A stretch of DNA of 10,139 nt from Atribacterota bacterium (GTDB lineage Bacteria; Atribacterota; Phoenicimicrobiia; Phoenicimicrobiales; Phoenicimicrobiaceae): positions 1 through 10,139 of the forward strand of contig JBBRDV010000051.1 in the NCBI GenBank assembly GCA_038203565.1, in the 5' to 3' direction. Below are positions 1 to 6,688 of the stretch, in pieces (positions within the stretch are counted from its first letter, which is position 1; the number at the start of each line of letters is the position of its first letter). The notes under the pieces are model-generated. The model saw only the letters and a program-made list of their open reading frames with translations, did not search any database and was not told the origin of the DNA. The position numbers and the translations under genes are program-made.

Positions 1-67
1 AGAAGAACCCCTATCAGAAAATTATTTACAGTTAGATTCCTTAGAAGAGGTATTAAATTATCTTTAA
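1..67 (+). CDS. 3' end of an upstream gene (partial); C-terminus loosely resembles HAD-hydrolase tails
   Basis: Reads ...YLQLDSLEEVLNYL* to TAA at 65-67, 18 nt before the next start. The first printed line shows 59 bases, so the frame of the first codons is uncertain. The product guess is weak. Confidence 0.45.
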   Translation, partial: EEPLSENYLQLDSLEEVLNYL

Positions 68-85
68 AGGTGAAAAAATTACAAA

Positions 86-1012
86 TTGATAAGAAAATTA
101 AAATATCCGAGATATTTAAATATAAAAGAAGAAGCATTTGATAGACGGATTGAGAAGGCTTATAAATTACTCTCTTCCTGTGAGGTATGTCCCCATAAGT
201 GCAGAGTAAATCGCCTGAAAGGCGAGCAAGGATTCTGTCGTTCGAGTGAAGAGGTGATGATCTCCAGTTATAATACTCACTTTGGAGAAGAACCGCCCCT
301 GGTGGGTGACTTCGGTTCGGGCACCATATTTTTCACCAACTGTAATTTAAAGTGTATTTATTGTCAGAATTATCCCATAAGCCAGTTAGGAAATGGCAAT
401 AAAGTTACCTTACAAGAATTGGCTAAAATTATGCTTGCTTTACAGAAAAGGAAATGCCATAATATTAATTTAGTTACTCCGACCCATTTTGTACCCCAGA
501 TATTAAAGAGTCTTAAATTGGCTATTAAAATGGGTTTATGCATTCCCATAGTCTATAATACCAGTGGTTATGATTCTGTAAATACTTTGAAATTACTTGA
601 TAGTGTCGTGGATATATATCTCCCTGATGCCAGATATGCCGATAATGAGATTGCCAGAAAATATTCATCTGCCCCTAACTATTTTAAAATAATGAAGAAG
701 GCGTTGAAGGAGATGTACCGACAGGTGGGAGATCTGGCATTAGATGAGACCGGGGTAGCTCGTTCGGGATTAATTGTCCGTCATTTAGTTTTACCAGGGG
801 GCTTGAGTGGCACTAAAAAGATTATGCATTTTATCGCCCGAGAAATTTCTCCTCATACTTATATAAGTTTGATGGCTCAATATTTTCCAGCTTACCAGGC
901 CGGCCAATTTCCCCTTTTATCCCGAAGGATAGATAAGGAAGAATATAGGGAGGCATTACAAGCTTTTAAGGAAGAGGGATTAGAAAATGGCTGGTTTCAG
1001 AAAGATATATAG
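86..1012 (+). CDS. PflX-like radical SAM Fe-S protein (COG1313-type, PFL-activating-enzyme-like)
   Basis: Radical SAM motif CNLKCIYC; N-terminal CEVCPHKCRVNR...GFC cluster; family motifs HFGEEPPL, GSGTIFF, HNINLVTPTH, IVYNTSGYD, DIYLPD, GLIVRHLVLP, SLMAQYFP. TTG start. Confidence 0.9.
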   Translation: MIRKLKYPRYLNIKEEAFDRRIEKAYKLLSSCEVCPHKCRVNRLKGEQGFCRSSEEVMISSYNTHFGEEPPLVGDFGSGTIFFTNCNLKCIYCQNYPISQLGNGNKVTLQELAKIMLALQKRKCHNINLVTPTHFVPQILKSLKLAIKMGLCIPIVYNTSGYDSVNTLKLLDSVVDIYLPDARYADNEIARKYSSAPNYFKIMKKALKEMYRQVGDLALDETGVARSGLIVRHLVLPGGLSGTKKIMHFIAREISPHTYISLMAQYFPAYQAGQFPLLSRRIDKEEYREALQAFKEEGLENGWFQKDI

Positions 1013-1064
1013 TAAGTTGTTAATGTCGTATTGTAGTTATTTTAAAGAGGAAGAATAGAGAAAT

Positions 1065-1925
1065 ATGAAAGGTATTCAAGCAGAAATTTATTTATTAATA
1101 ATAGTGATTATATGGGGCTCCACCTTTGCCTTGATTAAAGGGGTTATTGATTTGATCCCTCCTTATACTTATCTAACTTATCGATTTTTATTGGCCGCTC
1201 TGATTCTAATATTAATATTCTGGAAGAGGATGAAAGAAATCAATATAATAATTTTAAAGAAAGGTTCTCTAATTGGGATTTTCCTCTTTTTAGGTTATGC
1301 TCTTCAGACTGTGGGGCTAAAGTACACTACAGCTACCAAAGCCGGTTTTATTACCGGTTTGTCTGTGGTTTTGGTCCCTATTATTTCCTATTTTTTCATT
1401 AAGGAGAAAATCAATCGAAATTCGGTTATAGGAGTAGTTTTAGCATTCACCGGATTATGGTTTCTAAATTATAGCAGCAGCTCTAGTTTTAATTTAGGGG
1501 ATTTTTTAGTTTTATTATGTGCTTTTTCCTTTGCAATGCATATTATATCGGTGGGATTTTTTAGTAAAAAGTTAGATTATGTTCTTTTGGCGATTACTCA
1601 AATAACGGTAGTTTTCGTATTATCTTTATTAATGGCTTTAATTTTTGAAAGACCGGCTATTCATCTTTCCTATTCATCTGATATATGGTGGTCGATTGTG
1701 ACAACCGGAATATTTGCTACTGCTCTGGCTTTCTATATGCAAAATAGATTTCAAAAATATTCCACTGCTACTAAAACCGCTATTATTTTTTCCGGGGAAC
1801 CGATATTTGCAGCGATGTTTGCCTACCTCCTTTTAGGAGAGAAAGTAGGTGTTATCGCCTGGATAGGTGGATTGTTGATAATCTTTGGTATGACTATATC
1901 TCAAAGGAAAGAAAAAATAAAATAG
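1065..1925 (+). CDS. EamA/DMT family (drug/metabolite) transporter
   Basis: About 10 hydrophobic segments in two repeats; motifs IWGSTF, RF, LQTVGLKYTTATKAGFITGLSVVLVP, GDFLVL, EPIFAAMFAYLLLGE. Confidence 0.92.
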   Translation: MKGIQAEIYLLIIVIIWGSTFALIKGVIDLIPPYTYLTYRFLLAALILILIFWKRMKEINIIILKKGSLIGIFLFLGYALQTVGLKYTTATKAGFITGLSVVLVPIISYFFIKEKINRNSVIGVVLAFTGLWFLNYSSSSSFNLGDFLVLLCAFSFAMHIISVGFFSKKLDYVLLAITQITVVFVLSLLMALIFERPAIHLSYSSDIWWSIVTTGIFATALAFYMQNRFQKYSTATKTAIIFSGEPIFAAMFAYLLLGEKVGVIAWIGGLLIIFGMTISQRKEKIK

Positions 1926-1981
1926 GGACACATCCCATTTTCCTCGATTAGGAAAATGGGATGTGTCCCTATTTTATTTTT
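1913..1981. repeat. Perfect 32-bp inverted repeat (5-nt loop); probable bidirectional terminator and/or REPIN-like element
   Basis: 1913-1944 AAAAATAAAATAGGGACACATCCCATTTTCCT pairs base-for-base with 1950-1981; loop CGATT. Overlaps the stop codons of both convergent genes (TAG 1923-1925 on +, TAA 1974-1976 on -). Confidence 0.9.
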
Positions 1982-3401
1982 CTCTTATCTCTTCTATCAG
2001 GTCTTTCACTTCTTCAAGTTTTTCAGGGATTGTTTTAGGCATACCTTCTTTTCTGATATATACTTTTTCCCAGAAAGGTTTAGAAAGTTCACTATATTCT
2101 TTCGAGTATTTATCCAGATGTTCTGCACACTTGGTTAATATAGTATGGGCATTGCCGTGTGTGGGATAAGCATTGCATTCATTAACGACTTCCCTTAACA
2201 CCTTGGGGTTGTCAATAATCATACAAGGCAACATTAAATTGTCAGAATAAGGTTGTCTTTTCCTTATGGCCTTAAATAAGGGAGAAGCCAGAGCCTCTCT
2301 TAGTGTGGTATTTCTTACATTATGAGTAGCACAGTGGGTAAAGACACAGGGTTCATAATCTCCTTTTACATTTACATGTAAATATCCGGATTGGCGGCCT
2401 CCGGCAATACATCCATTTACATGCATTCCATCATTCCAGAAATCCCCGATAAAGACCGGATACTTATTTCTCAGATAATTGACTCTTCTCCAACCATATA
2501 GTCTTTGTTCCGGAGTCTGCATCAAGTTCACATCAGGGTTTTTGCCGATAGGGATATAAGTAAAGTACCAACCAAAAGGACAGCCTTTTTCTTCGGTTAA
2601 TAATTTCATTAGTTCATCACTGTAGACGATTTCAGTATTGTGTCTGGTAGGAGTAATAGAAAAACCATAAATTAGTCTGGCTTCCTTACAGTTATCCATA
2701 ACCTGCATTACTTTTTCCCATACTCCTTCCCCTCGGCGCTGGTCAGTCTCCTTTTTAAATCCTTCTACACTTATAGCCGGGGCAACATTACCTAATTCCT
2801 GTAGTTTTAAAGCCATATTTTTATCTATAAAGGTGCCATTGGTGTAAATCATAAAAGTTGCGTCATTATGTTTTTTGTAGATATCTAACATATCGTCTCT
2901 AACAAAAGGCTCACCCCCGGAAATAACGTAGAAAAAAGTTCCCATTTCCTTGGCTTCAGTTATAATTTTATCCACATATTCAAGAGGGAGGTCATCTTTT
3001 TTAGAATAATCTCCGGCATAACACCCTATACATCTAAGATTGCATCTCATGGTGGGACTAATTACTATAGTAGCAGGACAGGGGATACCTTCTTTTTTTT
3101 CAAAATTCTCTCTATTTTTTGGCCCCAGCAAAATATAATTAATCATAAAATTTAATACTATTTTATCCCGAACATTAGGATGGATTTCCTTTAATACTTT
3201 TTGGGCAAGAAAATAAGCAGGAGCTTTTTCCTCAAACATTTTTCTAACCTTGCCTATTTCGGATTTGAACTTAGGAGAGATTCTTTCCGCAGCATAGGTC
3301 AATCGAATAAGGTTCTCATCAGAAGTATTACTTAAGGCTTTCATAATAAGGTTTATAGTTTGTTTGGTAGTGTAATTTTTAAATTTTTTTATATAATCCA
3401 T
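1974..3401 (-). CDS. Radical SAM protein with N-terminal extension and C-terminal SPASM/twitch-like auxiliary Fe-S domain
   Basis: CNLRCIGC motif, SGGEPF, YTNGT, ISVEG; C-terminal GCIAGG...YLHVNVKGDYEPCVF...LPCMIID. SD AGGAG 9 nt upstream of the ATG. Confidence 0.9.
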   Translation of the reverse strand: MDYIKKFKNYTTKQTINLIMKALSNTSDENLIRLTYAAERISPKFKSEIGKVRKMFEEKAPAYFLAQKVLKEIHPNVRDKIVLNFMINYILLGPKNRENFEKKEGIPCPATIVISPTMRCNLRCIGCYAGDYSKKDDLPLEYVDKIITEAKEMGTFFYVISGGEPFVRDDMLDIYKKHNDATFMIYTNGTFIDKNMALKLQELGNVAPAISVEGFKKETDQRRGEGVWEKVMQVMDNCKEARLIYGFSITPTRHNTEIVYSDELMKLLTEEKGCPFGWYFTYIPIGKNPDVNLMQTPEQRLYGWRRVNYLRNKYPVFIGDFWNDGMHVNGCIAGGRQSGYLHVNVKGDYEPCVFTHCATHNVRNTTLREALASPLFKAIRKRQPYSDNLMLPCMIIDNPKVLREVVNECNAYPTHGNAHTILTKCAEHLDKYSKEYSELSKPFWEKVYIRKEGMPKTIPEKLEEVKDLIEEIREK

Positions 3402-3467
3402 GGTATTTTACTCCTATAAAAAAATTTTAAAATTATTTGGAAACTTCAATCTTTTTTTTACAACTTC

Positions 3468-3495
3468 ATTATATCACCTTAAAACAATTTTGCAA
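3468..3495 (-). promoter_or_regulatory. Putative sigma70 promoter of the radical SAM gene
   Basis: Minus strand: TTGCAA (3495-3490), 16-bp spacer, TATAAT (3473-3468) with the extended -10 TG (TGaTATAAT). Confidence 0.65.
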
Positions 3496-3502
3496 AATTG
3501 TT
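3483..3502. promoter_or_regulatory. Perfect 20-bp palindrome, candidate operator
   Basis: AACAATTTTGCAAAATTGTT is self-complementary and centred on the -35 hexamer above. Confidence 0.5.
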
Positions 3503-3534
3503 AAAATATTTTTTTAGAATACCTGAATAAGATT

Positions 3535-3562
3535 TTGGTATTATGATAAAAAGTATTATAAT
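3535..3562 (+). promoter_or_regulatory. Possible sigma70 promoter of the nitroreductase gene
   Basis: TTGGTA (3535-3540), 16 bp, TATAAT (3557-3562). The region is AT-rich, so a chance match is possible. Confidence 0.4.
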
Positions 3563-3683
3563 TATATAAAGCATTAGATAATTCCGCGGCACAGGATGAA
3601 TTAAAGAAATTGGATAATCTGGAAGATTCGTTAGAAGCAGAAGATTTGAAAAAATTAGAATAAAAATTCAAGAGGAGGAAAAA

Positions 3684-4196
3684 ATGGTATTAGAAGCAAT
3701 TAAAAAAAGGCAGAGTGTGAGAAGTTACCAGGACAAAGAAATTCCGGAAGATGTATTACAGCAAGTATTAGAAGCAGGCAGGTTAGCCCCGTCAGCTAGT
3801 AATAAACAGTGCTGGAAATTTATTGTAGTAAAAGATGAAGATTTAAGAAAAAAAATGGTTCCTGCTTGTAAAAATCAGAAATTTGTGGGAGAAGCCCCGG
3901 TGGTTATAGCAGGATGTGCTACTAATCCTGATTATGTAATGACCTGTGGAGAGCATAGCTACTCTATTGATTTGGCCATTGCTCTGAACCACATGAGTTT
4001 GCAAGCAGCTGCCTTGGGTTTGGGTACTTGTTGGATCGGTGCTTTCTATCAGGATGAAGTAAAAGAAATCTTGGGTATTCCCAAAGGAGTGCGGGTAGTC
4101 GCCTTAATGCCCGTAGGATTTCCCAAAGAATTAGGGAGTAAGACTGGAAGAAAACCTTTATCGGAAATCGTTTGCTACGATAAATATACTTCATAG
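3684..4196 (+). CDS. Nitroreductase family flavoprotein
   Basis: RQSVRSY, LAPSASNKQCWKF and LGLGTCWIGAF motifs; SD GAGGAGG upstream. Confidence 0.93.
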   Translation: MVLEAIKKRQSVRSYQDKEIPEDVLQQVLEAGRLAPSASNKQCWKFIVVKDEDLRKKMVPACKNQKFVGEAPVVIAGCATNPDYVMTCGEHSYSIDLAIALNHMSLQAAALGLGTCWIGAFYQDEVKEILGIPKGVRVVALMPVGFPKELGSKTGRKPLSEIVCYDKYTS

Positions 4197-4339
4197 ACAT
4201 TGTCAGGGGACAACGGCCCTTTGGCAAACTTTAATTGTAATTTGTAGCAGAACGGCGTTACCGTGATAAAGTTTTTGGTTAATCATTTTTCGCTTTTAGA
4301 TGGAAAAAATTTTTTTTGGTTTTTTGTGTTGTTTTTTGT

Positions 4340-4363
4340 GTAAGGGTCGGATTCATCCGACCC
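4340..4363 (+). repeat. REP-like GC-rich hairpin
   Basis: GTAA followed by GGGTCGGAT-TC-ATCCGACCC (9-bp arms), between convergent genes; no clean U-tract after the stem on either strand. Confidence 0.5.
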
Positions 4364-4389
4364 GAATTATTTGGCAATAATTTTATATT

Positions 4390-4810
4390 TTAATCAAATA
4401 AGAGGTTTAATTTCACTTCTTCATTAAATTTCCTTTCTATTTCTCCCTCAATTTCTTCAATAATAATTTCACCTGTTGTGCTAATTATTGCAGAAATTAA
4501 GTGTCCTCCGAAAGAATTATTGTTTAAATCGGATATAGTAATATGTAAATGAAGATATGTTTCTCCTTTCATAGTAGAGATATTTCCGATTAAGTTAGTA
4601 ATTTCATAATCTCCTATTAATTCTTGAGAAAAAAATTCTTTAGTTTTAGCTTTAAAAGACCCAACATTTGCCCTTTCAATTCCTCCCATACCGCTAACCG
4701 AACCTAATTTTATTTTGTTTTTTTTACAAAGCTGTTTTTAAAGTTTCAACAATTTCTTCTCCTTTATCGATTCTTACCACCCATTTATTTCCGAATTTTT
4801 TTAATTTCAT
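4390..4810 (-). pseudogene. PPC/DUF296 domain protein, frameshifted (pseudogene or sequencing error)
   Basis: ATG at 4810 with SD AAGGAGG gives MKLKKFGNKWVVRIDKGEEIVETLK, then TAL* (TAA 4726-4724). Deleting one A from the A5 run (4739-4735) fuses it to QLCKKNKIKLGSVSGMGG...GNIS...YLHLHITISD...FGGHL, giving 139 aa with typical PPC motifs. Confidence 0.85.
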
Positions 4811-4873
4811 GTTTTGTTCCTCCTTTTTCTTATTCCTTTGCAAATTTTTTAAACTACCCTACAAAATTTTACA

Positions 4874-6256
4874 CTAACTTTTTACCGGGACTCCATAAGG
4901 TCCATCGGCCAAATAGGCTATTCTTATTTTTTCTTGTGTAGTGCTTTTTAATTCATATATTACTGCTTCCACCGCTTTTTCAATTATTTGAGCAGCATTC
5001 TTAAAATTATCTTTGTATCTTTCAGATCTGGGAAGAAATATGTTTCCATCAACACCAGGAATAATTTTATAATCATTAAAAGAAAGCCGAGGACTGTAAT
5101 AAGTAAAATTCTCTGGAGGAATTTTGGAAAACAAGCGAGTCCACATTTGCACTTGCCATTGATCAGGAATAAAAGTCCAATCAGCTGATAAAATCAAATG
5201 ATTAAATTGTTTTGCTCCTATTATTTTTAATAGATGTAAAACTGCTTTATATTTCTCGCTACCAATTAAATCCTTATCATTATTATTTGCTATCATAATT
5301 AATTTACCATTGGGTTTTAAAGCCGGGATAGCAACTATTGCAGCTTTGGCTGTTTGGTATTGGTTAATGCCTACAAAGCCAGCATGAGTAATAACAATAT
5401 CATATTCTTTATCCAAGGGTATAGTAACGTATTTTTTTATCTGTTTTACTGCTTGTTTATGAGCTTCTTCTAAATCTCCGGCAAATACTCCCGTTAGCTT
5501 AAAATCTTGGTCAATAGTAACATTGAGAATATAATCTGCTCCTGCTTTCTTGGCTACTTCTAAAGCTTCTTGGTGACAAGGGTTATCATCTATGATTAAG
5601 TCACTAGCTTCCTGGGAAGCTAACATAGGCGCTCCGTGGAATATATAGATGCTTTCTTCTCCTATGAGCCCCGGACAGATTGATTTTCTCCCTCCCGATG
5701 CACCGGCCATAAAATGCGTTTCTACCAAACCGGTAAGAATTTTAATATCTGCTTCCATATAATCAGTATTAATATATACTGAACTACCACGACTAGTCTT
5801 GCCTAAATAGGCTAAATTATTTTTATCTCGACAATCATGGTTTTTTATGGGGATTTTATAGTCAAATACCCGAGGGTCCAACATCTCTCTTAATTCTTTT
5901 TCAGATAATGGTCGATGAGTACCGGTGGCTACTAAAATAAGAATATGGTCATTAGAAATATTTTTTGCTAAAAGTTTTTCAATGATAGGCCATAATATTC
6001 CTGCTTTACTTTTGTAAGGTACAGGACGAGTATTATCCGAAATGACTATTACTGCCTTTGCTTGTGGCTGTTTTTTTAGTTTATTCTCAATAATTTGGTC
6101 CAAGCTTCGGCTACTTATAGAATCTTTCAAAGCTTTTTGAATAAAAAAAGCAGGATTGCTAAGTGCTTTGGGCTGCTCAGTGGATAAAATTTCTGTATTA
6201 TCTGGAAGATTCACTTCGACCATTTCTTTCCCTAATTTAATAGAAATTCTTTTCAT
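4874..6256 (-). CDS. larA: LarA-family nickel-pincer-nucleotide-dependent 2-hydroxy acid racemase/epimerase (DUF2088), 460 aa
   Basis: Motifs ISDNTRPVP, ATGTHR, NHDC, ETHFMAGASGGRKSICPG, IFHG, NQYQTAKA. The start is placed at ATG 6256 (MKRISIKLGK) rather than 6358, because the extra 34 codons are largely transposase-derived. Substrate is not established. Confidence 0.88.
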   Translation of the reverse strand: MKRISIKLGKEMVEVNLPDNTEILSTEQPKALSNPAFFIQKALKDSISSRSLDQIIENKLKKQPQAKAVIVISDNTRPVPYKSKAGILWPIIEKLLAKNISNDHILILVATGTHRPLSEKELREMLDPRVFDYKIPIKNHDCRDKNNLAYLGKTSRGSSVYINTDYMEADIKILTGLVETHFMAGASGGRKSICPGLIGEESIYIFHGAPMLASQEASDLIIDDNPCHQEALEVAKKAGADYILNVTIDQDFKLTGVFAGDLEEAHKQAVKQIKKYVTIPLDKEYDIVITHAGFVGINQYQTAKAAIVAIPALKPNGKLIMIANNNDKDLIGSEKYKAVLHLLKIIGAKQFNHLILSADWTFIPDQWQVQMWTRLFSKIPPENFTYYSPRLSFNDYKIIPGVDGNIFLPRSERYKDNFKNAAQIIEKAVEAVIYELKSTTQEKIRIAYLADGPYGVPVKS

Positions 6257-6274
6257 TTTCCACGCCTTTTGTTT

Positions 6275-6427
6275 TTTTAGTGGTATTGTCATCATTACAT
6301 AAATATAATTTGTTTGAATATTATGTTCAATGATATCACAACCTGGAAAACTTTTCATTATCTCTGAAAAAAGCTTTCTTTACTACTCCCATGGGTCAGG
6401 ATTTAGGATAGGGCTGCGGTATTTGGT
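6275..6427 (-). mobile_element. Degenerate internal fragment of an IS200/IS605-family Y1 transposase (tnpA)
   Basis: One frame reads TKYRSPILNPDPWE**RKLFSEIMKSFPGCDIIEHNIQTNYIYVMMTIPLK. This follows the TnpA pattern (P/T)KYR..il...........e.....DHxH.l..iPPk, with the HUH motif decayed to NYIY and two stops at 6385-6380. Confidence 0.72.
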
Positions 6428-6465
6428 ATTTTTTGTTAATTTGTCCATAAGAATTTTAAATAAGT

Positions 6466-6503
6466 TTGACCTAAGGCTATTTTATGATATAATATGATAT
6501 AAT
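6466..6503 (+). promoter_or_regulatory. Putative sigma70 promoter of the TRAP operon, with duplicated extended -10
   Basis: TTGACC (6466-6471), 16 bp, TGaTATAAT (-10 at 6488-6493); a second TGaTATAAT has its -10 at 6498-6503. Confidence 0.72.
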
Positions 6504-6508
6504 ATGAC

Positions 6509-6519
6509 TTGTCAGACAA
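6509..6519. promoter_or_regulatory. Candidate GntR/FadR-subfamily operator
   Basis: Palindrome TTGTC-A-GACAA just downstream of the -10 elements; matches the TxGT-N(0-3)-ACxA pattern of FadR-type boxes. Confidence 0.55.
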
Positions 6520-6556
6520 CATAACAAATAAGACAGACAACATAACAAATAAGACA
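6513..6556 (+). repeat. 21-bp perfect tandem duplication
   Basis: CAGACAACATAACAAATAAGA at 6513-6533 and 6534-6554, plus CA. Confidence 0.95.
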
Positions 6557-6688
6557 AATAAAGTAAAAAAGGAGGTGATTGATAAGACATATCTCCGTTC
6601 CCCCCTTTTTTTGTTTAAAGAAGGAATGAAAGTATTTTAACTTACTATTTGGGCAGATTTAAAAACTATGTAAAAAGGAGTGTTTAAA

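Noticed and set aside
1956..2169. 60-aa and 68-aa plus-strand ORFs as possible radical SAM precursor peptides
   Set aside because: They are antisense to the radical SAM gene, their starts lie inside the inverted repeat, and they show no peptide motif.
4735..4742. T TTA AAA as a programmed -1 frameshift site in the PPC gene
   Set aside because: It looks like a slippery heptamer, but restoring the gene needs a +1 shift, not -1.
3964..5188. ORFs 3964-4227 (-) and 4988-5188 (+)
   Set aside because: Antisense shadows of the nitroreductase and larA genes, with no recognisable features.
6257..6358. 34-aa N-terminal extension of LarA in the ORF track
   Set aside because: It is mostly part of the decayed tnpA frame. 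LarA-like sequence begins at MKRISIKLG (6256).
6383..6448. 21-aa ORF MDKLTKNTKYRSPILNPDPWE (-) as a larA leader peptide
   Set aside because: It has no SD and is explained by the transposase remnant.
6513..6556. Possible CRISPR-like repeats
   Set aside because: Only two directly adjacent copies, with no spacers and no cas genes.
6500..6688. Known riboswitch or T-box in the dctP leader
   Set aside because: I recognise no conserved aptamer or T-box motif. Only an Rfam/Infernal scan could settle this.
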